Shown here: in pieces, positions 12,323-25,814 of the stretch | How positions within the stretch are numbered: the stretch's first letter is position 1 | Layout: the number at the start of each line of letters is the position of its first letter | Assembly (NCBI RefSeq): GCF_018350175.1 | Contig: NC_058369.1 | Location: 24,120,001-24,184,000 of the forward strand | Direction of reading: 5' to 3' | From: Felis catus | Lineage: Eukaryota | Length of the DNA stretch: 64,000 nt | Position numbers and translations under genes: made by a program | The notes under the pieces: model-generated | Told to the model about the DNA's origin: nothing | What the model saw: only the letters and a program-made list of their open reading frames with translations | The model's database searches: none

Positions 12323-14017
12323 ATATTACTGACGTCTCTCTAAATCTGCAGGTCCTCCCCTATAAAATGGGAAGGAGATGGAAACTACTGCACAGGATTG
12401 GCAAGAGCATAAAGCATCCAGCCCTCTGTGTTGGACACCCTGGAAATGTCCAGTACATGACAGTTACCATTGTCCCTAGTCCAACCCAAGTACCAAATAC
12501 CAGTTCTTACTGTCGACACTTGACTTTATGCCACCTAATCAAATACCACTTCACATTTCTGCACAACTTTTCATGTGTATGCTTAATTGCTACCACTGGA
12601 TCATAATCCCCTGGAGGGCAAAGACCACATCTCTGTCTTCTTTGGAAGTGCCTTCAGCCCCTGACACAACACTAGCATCCATACTCAATAAATACCTACA
12701 GAATGGGAGGAAGGGGAATGCAAAGGCATAATTCTGAAACGCCCTCCTTTGACTCACTTAGTGCAATGATGGATGAAGTGTAAGTCCGAACCTGATACTT
12801 TCCTACCCCATAAATCAGTGGTCCCCTTGCCATCATCCTCACCAAACACCCTTCAAGGTCTTGCTCTCTGCTGCCTCAAGCACCTTCTCTTTGCTATGGA
12901 GATGAGAGGGCTCAGTTACCCAGATCTTGAATGCAAGGGGGTCCCACATTCACTGTAACCCCGGCAGCCACTAAGAGCACCCAGAAACCTGAGTTTCAGG
13001 ATGGCACAATAAAAGTGTCCCAAGCTTTGACCTGGGGTACAAGCAAGCCAGGGTTTTGTCCTGCTCTGTAGTCCACATGCTCTGCCCTGGGACCTGGAAG
13101 ATGTATACTCCCTCCTTCCTTCCACCACCTCACTGGATGTCTCCTATGTGCCAGGCACTCTGCTGGACACTTGTGACAGGCTCCCCCTCAGAAGCGGTCT
13201 GGTTTGGCAGGCAGGCTTAAATGAAAAAACTATTTAATCACAATTGTGATTTTTAAAAAAAGCTATTAAAGAAAAGTACTGAGTGATAAGCAAGAGTAAA
13301 ACAAGAGCCAATCCTGCCCTAGGCCTCATGGTCTGCCTCCCTAAATCAGTTGAGTGGGAGTGGCTTGTTGAAGAGGAAGGAAAAAATGAATGCTGGTTGC
13401 CCAGGCTGTGGGGCTTTGTGGTCCTCTTCATTAGGGAATTATTACTTGGAGAATTACAGTGATTATGAATCAATAACCGCTTTTGAGAAGTCCAGCAGGA
13501 AAACAACACATTTGTCTCGACTTAACACAGCGTTTGCTTCTTTTAGAAGTACATCTATTGGTAATTCACCAGACCATAATATTTGTTGGGGGAAACATTT
13601 TTTTTAGAAAGCTGTTTAATTCCTAAAATGCCACCTTCGATGAAAACAGAATTCACAGCAACCTCAGAAGTCTTTTGCAAGTCTCAAGATGTTCCAATTT
13701 AAAACAATTTCCTAAAAAGTCCCGAAATTCGTCAAGACCAAAATTCTGATCCTATACCTAGAAAGCTAGGATTACATTTTAAAATATATCAGCTTGGTGT
13801 TACAAATCTAGAAAATAATAATTAAAGGCTTCTTCAAGCTAGATGTCTACTAGGCCACAGGGGCACACCAATTTAAAAAAACTTATATAGTTGTATGTCA
13901 TTTCTGATTTTATTAGTCATTCCATGTGGCAGATTATAAAATTGTTGAATTACCAGGACTATTCAATTGTATTCAAATAATTCATAACTCTGTACACTTT
14001 AAGAATAATGAAGCCAT

Positions 14018-14251
14018 GGGGCACCTGGCTGGCTCAGTCGGTTAAGTGTCCAACTTCAGCTCAAGTCATGATTTCATGGTTCACAAGTTCGAGCTCCGCG
14101 TCAGATTCTGTGCTGACAGCTCGGAGCCTGGAACCCTCATTGGATTCTGTGTCTCCCTCTCTCTCTGCTCCTCCCCTGCTCCCACCCTATCTCTCTCTCC
14201 CTCTCTCTCTTTCTCTCTCTTCCTCAAAAATAAATAAACAGTTAAAAATAA
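14018..14251 (+). mobile_element. Can-SINE (felid)
   Basis: GGGGCACCTGGCTGGCTCAGTCGG head. TSD AAGAATAATGA[A/G]GCCAT at 14001-14017 and 14252-14268. Confidence 0.94.
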
Positions 14252-15639
14252 AAGAATAATGAGGCCATTAAATGAATTTCTAGAGTCCAGTGCTTACACC
14301 CAGCTCTGGAGAAACTGTCGGAACTTTTAAAGTGAACAGTGGAGTCTTAAAACAATAAAATAAAAAACCTGTTTAAGACCTTAAATCATTAACATGTGTC
14401 GACTTAGACTTACACATACATTTGTGTTGTTTAACTAAATATTTGAAAACCAGCTTTTCTCTCAGTTATCTGCCAAGAGCCCCACTCTGGGTTCTGTGTG
14501 TCTCTTTCTGACACGTGGCAACATCTCGTGCTTTTCATGAGGCCTGCTTGGCAAGAACTGATCTTCAAATATTTTGATAAAACAATTTTTTTTCTTAAAT
14601 CGTAAGTCAGTATTGAGTTAGTGTCTATTTTGTGTTAATGATTTGTAATTTTTAAAGTTTTTAAACCATGTTTTAAAAATACACAGGCTCTTCAGCCTTA
14701 GACTTCACCATCCATCCTGGCTTTCTGTCTTCACTCATCCTGAGTGCAAGAAGATGGTAGTTCTCAGTTTGCACCAGAACACAGAGCCAATGAAATCCCC
14801 ATATCCCAGGTTATAGCCAAATTGGAATGTGAATTGGTCCTGTGGGAATAGCCAGGACCTAGCCCAGCTCTCCTCTGGGCACAGAGGTCACCCTGATAAA
14901 CCTGAAACCTCTCTCCTCAACAGCAAGAACATCTCAGACAGTGATGTTGTGAGCAAAGGAGCTGTTAAAACGAGGCTCCTAATCTTATTTTTCCAATTAC
15001 TCTTATCTGACATTTCTATCTCCACCTCCTTCCCACCTCCCCACTGCTGCCTTAGAGTGACACCTTTTGGAAATGGTTGAAACTGAAAATGCTCAGACTG
15101 CTGTCTGCCTGGACCTGGCCACCCTCAAGATTGTGTTTGGGATTTGTTTCCTCCTTGCTGAAGTTAAAGCATCTAGGAGCTTTGCTTAAATGTGACACCT
15201 CTGATCCTTCAGCAGCAAACAAACACCCACATCAAATGAGTGTGTTTGGGTTCAAGCTCTTTGGTTTTGACTGCATTTTAAATTCTCCCTTTTCCCTTTT
15301 CTCTTCCCGGGCTTATTAACAAAACTTCACACCATAACAAGAAGATGGATAGAGAAGAAATGTGTACAATGCATACATCTGACTTAGATTCTGTTAAATC
15401 AAACAGTGTTAGAATACAAATGAAGAAAAGTTTCTCTACAATGTCCTGAGAATTCTTCATTCCAGATTGGACTAGGCTCAGTGGAACCTCCTTGATAAAA
15501 AGACTGTGTAGATGAGTTTCTGTTTATTTTTTGGTGTAGTACTTCTTGAACAATTGGGAAGCATTCTTTACTTTACGTGTGCACAGTTCTGCAGCATGGC
15601 AAAGAGCTGGTCTTTTCCTTAACAGTCCCAGACATTCTT

Positions 15640-15885
15640 GGAAGCAGTATAGCTAATGGTTAAGACTATGAACCTTGAAGCAAGAAGGCTTAGGTCCCAA
15701 TCAGGATCCAGCCATGTGCTAGCTGTATGACTTTGTAAGAGATACTTGACCTCTGTTTACATCAGTTTCCTTCTCTGTAAAATGTGGATAATAATTGTAC
15801 CTCCTGGGCTCCTTGCAAAGAATACCTAAGTTGTAATAGTTACATAGTGGGCACATAGCAAGCATGCAGTAACCTGTAATCAGTA
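15640..15885 (+). mobile_element. MIR
   Basis: Contains gcagtatagctaatggttaagac...tagctgtatgactttg...cagtttccttctctgtaaaatgtggataataat. Confidence 0.75.
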
Positions 15886-16121
15886 TCAATAGTGATGTTA
15901 GTTTATTCAGCCTAGTAGAGGAGAAGCAAGGAAAAAAGTGAATTTCCATCTTATTACATTTTCAGAGAGACACAGTATTTTTCATCTTCATTGGAATGGT
16001 GAAAATTTTTACTACGAAATCTATAACAAACAAATTAATCACCCTCAAAATATGTGTTGTTCATATTTTAGTCTAACTTAGCTGAATTCCAAACACAACC
16101 ATGAAGGAACTCATGAAGATA

Positions 16122-16330
16122 TTAGAGAAGTGTTATCCAACTGAACTTACTATAATGATGGTGAGGTTCTAATCTGCACTGTCCAATACACATGTCACTA
16201 CATGTGGCAATAGAGCACGGGAAATATTACTGGTGCAACTTAAGAAATGAATTTTTAATGCAGTTTAATCTTAATTAAAATTTAATAGCCAATTCTAATG
16301 GCTACTGTAATGAAAAGAGCCAGTATTTAG
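16122..16330. mobile_element. MER3 (hAT-Charlie)
   Basis: Contains tgatggtgaggttctaatctgcactgtccaatac...catgtggcaatagagcac...ttaattaaaatttaatagcc...tggctactgtaatg. Confidence 0.7.
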
Positions 16331-16369
16331 AAATTATTTCAATCTTTGTGGAAAGTTTACCTTTTTTAA

Positions 16370-16585
16370 TTTTTTTTAAATGTTTTTATTTATTTTTGAG
16401 ACAGAGAGAGACAGAGCATGAACAGGGGAGGGGCAGAGAGAGAGAGGGAGACACAGAATCGGAAACAGGCTCCAGGCTCTGAGCTGTCAGCACAGAGCCC
16501 GACGCGGGGCTCGAACTCACGGACCGTAAGATCATGACCTGAGCTGAAGTCGGACGCTTAACCGACCAAGCCACCCAGGAGCCCC
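16370..16585 (-). mobile_element. Can-SINE (felid)
   Basis: Full SINE on the minus strand. TSD TACCTTTTTTAA at 16358-16369 and 16586-16597. Confidence 0.94.
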
Positions 16586-16639
16586 TACCTTTTTTAAATA
16601 TCTGATAAAAACTTTTAAATTCCTTTAAATTCACTATAA

Positions 16640-16865
16640 TTCATGAATTACCATTTGATCCAGTGTTTCCACCTTAGGAATTTATTCTAAGGATATCCTA
16701 AGGGATGTTCCCAGAGGAAATTATTGTGAGGATACAATAAACATGTTCATCATAGTGTTGTTTATAAAAATCAGAAAAATTGTGTATGTATATGTATAGA
16801 CACATATATAAATACAAATGCATACATATAAATATACCTTGCAAATAAATGAGTTAAATAAATTC

Positions 16866-16912
<47 letters not shown>

Positions 16913-17215
16913 AAAGAAACTGGAGAGTAAATTAGAGGCATCCAATTGTTGAGATGTTGGACAGATATTAAACACTGTAAATGTAAAGGAAAGAGGCTCA
17001 CAAATTCCTAAGTGAGAAAAGCAAGTTAGTAAATAGAAAATACAATACAATCCAAACCATATGTGGGGTTTTAAATGCATATTCACAGAAAACAAAAAGA
17101 CTAGAACGAAGCACATCAAAATATTAATGATGGGTTTGTTTCTAGGCACAGACATTTCAGGTAATCTATTATATTCTTCTTTGTATTTTTGTTGCAAATA
17201 TGAATTATTAATGTA
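16640..17215 (+). mobile_element. Old L1 (L1ME-type) 3' fragment containing a (TG)n microsatellite at 16867-16909
   Basis: Contains ttaccatttgatccagtgtttcccaccttaggaatttattctaagg...atgttcatcatagtgttgtttataa. Confidence 0.65.
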
Positions 17216-18689
17216 AAAAGAATACTGTTTTGAAAATTGCAACCAAGGAAGTTCTGCAGAAAGTACTACTGTTCCCACTGAACAATTGGTTGCTGGTAAA
17301 CCAGTCTCCAAAGGAGATTTATAAAGCAGAAGTCTAGAGCAGGGTGGGGCCCTCTGGTGGCAGTTACAGTGGCAGCTACCCTCAGCCAAAATAATCTTAA
17401 CTCAGGCCACACTTCTGGGCATGGCTGCTTTGCCCCTTGACAGTCACTTAGATTTATGCTGATTATAATCCCGGTTCACCAGGGAGTGTTTGAGTGTTGG
17501 TGACTCCGGAGCTGTCAACAGTCATTCCCACCACCTCACCCTACCCCACAATGTGCTTGAATGTTGTTCATTTCATTACTGTTCCTTAAGAAAGTTCCTA
17601 TGGGTTTTGGAAGTCCAGTATGGTTGTTTTTTCATTTGTTTTGTTTTGTGTTGTGTTTGTGCAGCATTTTATAATTCTGTTATTACTATTTTGTTTCTGC
17701 ATCACTCAAAATTAGTTGTCAGGCCCTAAAAAGCCAGAACCATTTGTTCATGCCACTAAGCCACCTCTATTAGCAAGGTCTATTCACTGCTATTCAACAA
17801 ATCAGGGCAATGTTCTCAAACAGACCTACTTTCTTGTGATGCAAGGAACAATTCTGAGGCATTTCCAAGGAGGAAGAATGAAAGAAGGGGGCCTCTTTCA
17901 CTCTGAATTCTCCTACTGGCTTGGCTTTGCAGGAGATCCTTGTCGATGATGACATATTTCAATCACCCAAATCAAGCCTGACTCCAAGCCCTTTCCTGGT
18001 ACCCACAGGCCCCTTGCATCACAGTTCCATCAACCTTGAGAAATAGGTAGTGGCCTCTCTGTATGTCACCTTGGTCCTCGATCATATGGAGTCCAATGCA
18101 TCCTTGATCCTCCCACTGGACCCAGCATCTGCTCAAACACACAGTATAGGGTCAATAAATAATTGTGGGAGGAATGCCAAGAGAGAGAAAAGAAGAGAAG
18201 AAACTATACTGTGGAAAAGTAATCATTACGTCTGATTTAAATAATATGGTTTCCTAAAACCCATTTGATCCTGACATACTTCCAAAGGAGCAGATCATTC
18301 AACTGATGAGTAACTCAAGTTCAGAAAAGATACGGGATTTACCTAAGAATTGTAGATGTCTTACTCTTTCCCAGAATGTGAGTCTGACTGTTGAGTATAA
18401 ATATAATAAGACAATTGTTAGATGGGGCTATATTGAGATGATGTGGGCCATGAGACCCTCAACAGTTAAACACAAACAAACAAACAAACAAATAAACAAA
18501 CAAAGACCTTGGCTCATTCTCCTCTGTGTCCTCAGGCCTGAACACAGCATCTAGCATACAGCCAGAAGCCAAAGATATATGGATGAACATAATTTAGTGA
18601 ATAGACCTGGGTCTCATTTGAGTCACTGGAGTAGAATATTCACTATACTGCTTTGATTCCAGTGCTGTTCCAAAATATCTTACTTGACT

Positions 18690-19170
18690 TTAGTTATTAA
18701 TTTTCCATTACTATGTAACAAATTGCCACCAACTTGACAGCTGACAGTTCCATAGGTCAGAAGTCCAGGCAGGAAGCATGGTGTGGCTGGTTTCTCCACT
18801 CAGGGCCTCACAAGGTTGAAATTGAGATACAGCAGGCTACCTTCTCATCCAGAGCTCAGGGGGACCCTCTTCCAAGTTTATGCAGTTGAAGCAGAATTCA
18901 GTTCCCTGCAGTTGTAGGTGTGAAGTTCCCTTCTCCTTAGCACTCCTAGCTCCTAGAGACCATTTTCATTCCTTGTCACATGGCCCGCTCAAATTTTTAA
19001 ATACAGCAATAAAAAAGTCACTCTTGCATCAAATTTTTCTCATGCCTTGACTCTTTTTCTTCAGAAATTGCCCACTCCCTTTTAAGGGCTCACTAATTAG
19101 ATCAGGCCCACCAAGAATAATCTCCCTTTCTTAAAGGCAACTATGTCATATAACATACCTAATCACTGTA
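18690..19170 (-). mobile_element. MaLR LTR (MLT1D/E-like)
   Basis: Contains taacaaattgccaccaac...ggtcagaagtccag...gcagaattcagttccctgcagttgtagg...tttaagggctcactaattagatcaggcccacc...taatctccctttcttaaag. Confidence 0.75.
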
Positions 19171-19344
19171 AAAATACAAAATTGCATTTCAAAATATATG
19201 TGCCAAATACAGGGGAACTTCTTTAACATGATAAAGAACATTTACAAAAATAATCTACAGCTACCATCATACTTAATGGTAAAAGACTGAATGCTTTCCT
19301 CTAAGATCAAAAGCAAGGAAAGGATATCTGCTCTTACCCTTCTT

Positions 19345-19565
19345 TTTTTTTTCATTTCTTTAATGCTTATTTTATTTTTGAGAGAGAGAAAGACAGAGCA
19401 TGAGCAGGGAAGGGGTAGAGGGAGAGGGAGACACAGAATCTGAAGCAAGCTCCAGGCTCTGAGCTGTCAGCACAGAGCCCAACGTGGGGCTCAAACTCAT
19501 GAACCACGAGATCATGACCTGAGCCAAAGTCTGACGCTGAACTGACTAAGCTACACAGGTGCCCC
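19345..19565 (-). mobile_element. Can-SINE inserted in the L1
   Basis: TSD core TGCTCTTACC at 19329-19338 and 19566-19575. Confidence 0.92.
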
Positions 19566-19782
19566 TGCTCTTACCTATCTTATTCAACAGAATACCTGGA
19601 GTTCTAGCCACTGCACTAAAGCAAGAAAAATAAATGAAAAGCATAATAATTAGAAATAAAATAACAAAACTATCACTACTTGCTAATGAAATGTCTATGC
19701 AGAAAATCCTGAGAAAATTCCTAGAACTAACAAATGTGTTCAGCAAGGTTGCAGAATACAAGATCAACACACAAAAATTATA

Positions 19783-19822
<40 letters not shown>

Positions 19823-20088
19823 GTAAATATGTGGAAACCAAAATTAAAAAGCAAATACCATTTATAATCATTCCAAAAAATGAAACATTCAAGTATTAAC
19901 TTAAAACATGTATAGAATGTATATGCTGGAAATTACAAAATTCTGATTAAAGAAATCAAAGAGAATTTAAATAAAGAGAGCAATATGGAGCGTTCACAGA
20001 TTAGAAGACTAAACATAGTAAGTATGTCAACCTTTCCAAGATTGATGTGCATGTTTAATGTAGTTCCTATCAAAATCTCAGCAAGTTT

Positions 20089-20277
20089 AGGGGTGCCAGG
20101 TTGGCTCAGTTGGCTAGGCATCTGACTTCAGCTCAGGTCATGATCTCATGGTTCGTGAGTTCAAGCCCCGCATCAGGCTCTCTTCTGTCAGCACAGAGCC
20201 TACTTCAGATAATCTGTCTCCCTCTCTCCCTGCCCCCCCCCCTCAAAAATAAATAAACATTAAAAACATTTTTTTTT
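20089..20277 (+). mobile_element. Can-SINE inserted in the L1
   Basis: TSD AATCTCAGCAAGTTT at 20074-20088 and 20278-20292. Confidence 0.92.
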
Positions 20278-21938
20278 AATCTCAGCAAGTTTTTTTTTTT
20301 AGACATAGATAAGCTTACTCTAAAATTGATATGGAAAGGCACAGGATCCAGAAAGCTAAAACAATACTGGCAAAGAAGAATAAAGTGGAAAAAATCACTC
20401 TACCTGATATTAAGGCTACTGTATAGTTAGTTACCGAGACCAGTAATATTGGCAGAGGGACAGACACATAGGTCAGTATACGGAATAGAACACAGAAACA
20501 GACATACATGAAAATGTTCCAGTGATGTTTGGCAGAGGAGCAAAAGCAATTCAGTGGAGTGAAAGATAGATAGCCTTTTCAATAAGTCGTGCTAGAATAT
20601 TTGGACATCCACAAATGAACAACAAAAAGATATTGCACTAAACTATAGTCAAGAAGTCTCAAAACTTAACAGTAAAATCTCTAATACAATTCCAAAATAG
20701 ACGAAGACATGAACAGACTATGTTGCTGAAAAGAACATGCAGATGGCAAGTAGGCACACACAAAACATTCTATATCACTAGCCATTCGAGAATTGTAAAT
20801 TAAGACCACAATGAAATATTGCCACACACCTATCTAAACGGCTAAAATTAAAAGTAGTGACAATATCAAATGCTGGTGAGGATCCCGAGAAACTGGATCC
20901 CTCATACAATGCTGGCAGGAATGTAAAGTGGTGCAACGACTTTGGAAAACAATTTGGCAGTTTCTTATAAAATTTAGCATGCAACTGCCATACGGCCCAG
21001 CAATGGTAGTCTAATTATTTACGTCAGAGAAATAAAAACTTGCGTTCACACAAAAACCTGTGTTGAACGTTGATAGGAGCTGTATTACTGATAGCCCAAA
21101 ACTGAAAACAACCAGGGTTTCCTTTAACTGGTGAATAGTAAAACAGATTGTGGCATATCTATACTGTGGAATACTACTCAGCAATGGCAAGAAGCAAAGT
21201 GTTGATACAACCAACAATTTGGAGGATTCACCAGTAAATTATGAAATTGAAAAAACCAATCCCTGAAGGCCACATCCTATGTAATTCCACTTACATGATG
21301 TTCTTTAAATGACAAATTATACAAATGGAGAACAGATTAATGCTTGCCAGGGATAAGGGCTGAGAAAGGAGAAGAAGTTGAATGCAGTTATAAAAGGGCA
21401 GTGTGAGGGATCCTTATGGCAGTGGAAGTGTTCTGTAATCGGACTGCATCAGTGCCAATACCCTGGTTGTGATATTGTACTGTAGTTGTACAACATGTTA
21501 CCACTGGGGGAAACTGGGTAAAGGTTATACAGGATTCCTCTCTATTATTTCTGAAAACTGTTTATGAATCTACCATTATGTAAAAATTAAAGGTTAAAAC
21601 AATTTTAAGTGTATGTCATATATATTAGGCGCCCACTTCAGCTGGGAAAAGGACAGTGAGAGCAAATACTGGGGGAGACGGGAAAGGCTCACATAAGGTG
21701 AGGCCATTTCCATTATCTTGAGGAAGAATCCTCTCCAAAATGTCATAACTATGAGGATGTCAGCAGAGAATGCTCATGTTGTAAATGCTTTCCAGTCGCA
21801 ATGTCAACCACATACGCAGGCAAAACCATCAGCATTCAAATCAATGGGTTGATACCTACTGAATTAGGATGTGAAAGTGATTTCCTTAAGAGTCAAGTGA
21901 TTACAATATCGTAATTGTGGTCCCCTTTTTATAAAACC

Positions 21939-21939
<1 letters not shown>

Positions 21940-21969
<30 letters not shown>
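21940..21969. repeat. (CA)n microsatellite
   Basis: Directly visible. Confidence 0.95.
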
Positions 21970-21970
<1 letters not shown>

Positions 21971-24900
21971 TTTAAAATGCTATGTTCAATAATAGCTATC
22001 AGTGCATCATAGGCTAACCCATAAAGGCCACTGGAAGGTATGGTTTCCTTATAATTATAATCCAGGTAAGTAAAAAAAAAAAATCACAGTAAAGCTTCAT
22101 TATCCTCAAACTAAATACATCCTCCAGACTTCTGGCTTGGTTAGCTCCTCAGTGGGAGGAAAGCAAAAACCAGACATAAAGTGCCAGAATGAAATCTTCC
22201 GCTTCAATTTCTTCCTTATTTAAAACATTTTATAGGGCTTTATGTTGACCCTGTGGCTTCAGGAGAAGGAAATCCTCCGAAATGTGTCCCTGGGGCACAG
22301 CATCCCCCACAGCGACTTGGCTCCCTTCTTTCAGAGCGATTACTGCTGCATGGAAAAAAACAATTCTTAATTGGTTAACTTTGGGAAAACCGCTTCATAA
22401 AGAGAAGACTTGGAACAAAGACGCCCACCCAAACAGTCAGCTCTCTCCACATACAGAGAGTGACTGGGGATGAGTTTGAGAGATGCCACATAAATGAGGC
22501 TGACAGACAGAACAGAACTGCACTTTCAAGCTTGATGGAGGGTTTATCCACTTTCCTTCCATCTCTAAGTGGAATTAGGTATCCACGGGATCACAACAGC
22601 AGATCTGCTAAACTCTGCCTCTCTTCCAATCCCAGCAGTCATCAGTGTGCTGCTCAACATCCTCCCTGCTCTCCAGGGACTGAGACTTTCCTTTCTGGCC
22701 GTCCATCTGAACTAATGAGAGTGGGGTTATGACACTGGGCTCCCAGGACCAGTTACTCTGCTTCTCACCTGGCTCTGCACCGGAGATTGTCCCTCAGTCC
22801 CTGTTAGGGGCTGTGTATTGGTCCCAAGGGAGCCCAGTGGACAGTGGGTGGATGGCAAGGGTCAAATCCAGCCTATTCCTATAAAAACAACTGAAGTACA
22901 CATCCTGCCGAGCATAATTTTCATGCTTAAAAGCAGCAACTTTTGTTTTTCTCAATTACCCTAACACACTGGGAGCATTCACTGTTAATCCGAGCAGAGA
23001 GAAAAACTACTCACATCTTAACGTGTGACACTTTGTTCTTCAAAACTTCACAGTTGTGATGGCAAGTGCTCTGTTGACAGGACAATTTATACTCATATTA
23101 AATCCCAGGCTTTACCAAGTACTTGTAGATATCTATGTTTTCCCCACAAAATGTTTTCTACAATTTATGCCTTTGAACTCTAGTTTCAAAATAAGTGATC
23201 CTTTCTCCAAGTAGCTCTTTTCAGATAAAAAAAAAAAAATCACCATTTTCATTACTAATATGAGATCACAGTCTAGTCCCATATAGAGTGATTAAACATA
23301 ACCCTGGTATTAAATAGTCTCAAGACAAATGTAAGTGAAAACATTGGATTCCTTGCTTGACCACCAAATGCTCACTCAAGGGTCTGAATGCTTCTGCTGG
23401 GATGTTTTCTTTCTTTTATGATTTCTCAAATATGTAAATTGCCTTGTTTAAAAATAATTCTCCTCTCCTTTCTTTAAGAATTAATACTGTTATAACTATC
23501 TATAAGGAGATCATGACATCTGGACTTCAGGAGAGAAACATTCTTGGTATTTAAAATATCTAACAACTATACATATATGGAAATGAATACCCCATTTTGA
23601 TGGGTCACACTCAGTAACCTTAGAGGCGCCTCTATCTGGGCAATAGTTCCTTTTGGACGAAACACAATTAGGCTGTGTAATGTGCTGAATCCCTTCAGAT
23701 AAACCGTGTGCACACAGCCGAGCCACTCTCGTGCTGGCTTTAAGGCTGGGGCTGTCAGGCCCACTTCTCTGGTTAATGTCAGTAGCACTATGTATAAAAG
23801 GTGACTCCAGTGTGTACAAATGTTGATCTTTAGAGAAGTCATGCCTAGACTCACACACACATCCACTCTTTCGTCCACTAGGTCAACGGCAGGAACAGAG
23901 GGCGACCCCAAAAGGAGCTTGCCAAGAGCAGAGTCTTACTTGTCAGGTTACATTGCCCCCAGGGACTTCCCTGCCTGAGATTAATCCATAATCCTGTTTC
24001 GTGTTTAAAAAAATTTCAGGTTCTAAAAGCCTTGCCTATGAGACAGTTTCAGAGGCGACAGGGAAATGTTCTAATACACAGTAACAAATTAAGTGCCAAT
24101 GCAAGTAAGCACAGAAAAGAAAGGGACTGTGTGGAGTAGGTGCCGCAAAATGTTTGCCCTTGTCCAAAATCATTTCTTTACAGTTCCAGAATAGACACTA
24201 AAAACATATTTGAATGGCTGGAGTACCTGTAGGTCTAAAGAAAAAAAAAGACACAAAGCTAAAACCATCTATGGTTTTTCAGCTTGCTGCACAAGTTAAG
24301 TGAAATAAAGATGCCCCCTGATGGAAAACACAGCCGAGGTTCCGAAGAAACATAATATTCGCTGATGTGACTTCCAAACTAAATTTCATCTGAATACCAA
24401 ACAGTAAGAAAGCTCTCATCTCAGCTCTGAACAATCCTATTTTTATTACATCAAAACTGTTTCTTCCCTTGCCAACCTCATTCTACCCCTTTTTGCTACA
24501 AAGTTAATGTCCAGAAAGCGTCCTTTTACAACTCTAGCAGACCTGACCAAAAAAAAAAAGCAGGAATTCCCAATGCTGTAGAAACCATCATGAACATGTT
24601 CTCATCTGGATGATTCAAAAAAGTGTAACTCACTCCACTCTATGGCAAAGAAAGAGAACATCTTGGAGAAAACAGTTCTGAACGAGATGGCCATGGGAAC
24701 TCCTTGACACTCGGGAGCACTGAGGTATGGACAGAGACACCTGGCCTGGTGGCATCTTCTGCTTTGATTCAGAGAGAAGGAAAAGCAGGACAACTGATAA
24801 TACAAGTTCCCATTCTGATTCGTGGCTCAGTCTTTGCTTATAGCCATTCCTGCTAAGATTTAACTTACAACGTTTGGCAACCAGGCTGACCTCTTCAAAG

Positions 24901-25299
24901 GCAAAGGTGAGCATGGAAAGAGCATTTTCCACGCAGATGCATCCTCTCTAGTGTAAGAAAAGCAGCTCCAGTTTCCAAAGGTGAGAACAAAGGACACAAC
25001 AAATCACCAACCATGTTGCTCATGGTTTGGAGCTGCCATGTGTTGTAAGGTGTGCATGTGCATGTGTGTGTGCACATGTGCACAGAGAGCATCCCTCCTG
25101 TTCCCTCCCATCAATGCCCCCAATGCATATTCCCACCCTCAGTGATAGCTGAGGATGAATTACCATTTCTATTTTTTGTACTACAGGTGGAGAGAGCCCA
25201 AACCCTACAATTGAGCAGACTAAGGAATTTTTACACCTACAAGCACTGACTTCCAAAATCAAAATATAGTTTTCAAAGAGGCAATATGGTTTCTATTAC

Positions 25300-25772
25300 C
25301 TTGCAGATAAAACCCCCAACTCCTTCTCCTGACTGACAAGGGTCCTGTTTTATCCAGCCATTCCCTGAACCCTCAACAACATCCCGTGCCACTGTGACCT
25401 TCCCTGGCCCTTGTAGAATCTGGTCTTTCTCCTCTACCATGCCTTGTTACTCTCCTACCCTTTCCAAACCCTTCAAACAACAAGCATCTTCTCACCTATC
25501 AGGTCTCAACATAAATGTCACCACCTCCAAAAGGCCCCTCTCAATCCCCTTAAAGTAGCTGTCTGCCTCCCACCTGTCCCTGGTATTCCTCTCAGCTCCA
25601 CGTTTGTTTCCTTCATAGCATGTATTACAATAAATTACTCCACTTAACGATTCCTTTGCATGTACCTTCCCATTTCCCTCACTAGGCTCTTTGCTTCATG
25701 TCTCACTTAGCCAATTATCTGTAATTCCCAACTGGGGTTTGGCATGTGGCTGGCACTTAATAAATACTTAAC
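25300..25772 (+). mobile_element. L2 fragment
   Basis: Contains aggtctcaacataaatgtcaccacctcc...tttccttcatagcatgtattacaat...ggcacttaataaatactt. Confidence 0.65.
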
Positions 25773-25814
25773 TCATAACCAGAATTAGTAAAAACAGTAA
25801 CACCTGATATTCAC

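Larger units (their letters stand above)
19200..21600 (+). mobile_element. Old L1 (L1MC1-like), degraded ORF2 end and 3' UTR, interrupted by two SINEs and a (TA)n
   Basis: ORF2 remnant KFLELTNVFSKVAEYKINTQK. The 3' end reads gttgtgatattgtactgtagttgtacaacatgttaccactgggggaaactgggtaaagg. Confidence 0.85.

Noticed and set aside
14018..14110. tRNA-like sequence with A/B boxes at SINE heads
   Set aside because: These are tRNA-derived Can-SINE heads, not tRNA genes.
16721..17389. Longest ORF in the track (222 aa)
   Set aside because: It runs antisense through a degraded L1 and a (TG)n microsatellite (THTHTH), has low-complexity composition and shows no recognisable domain.
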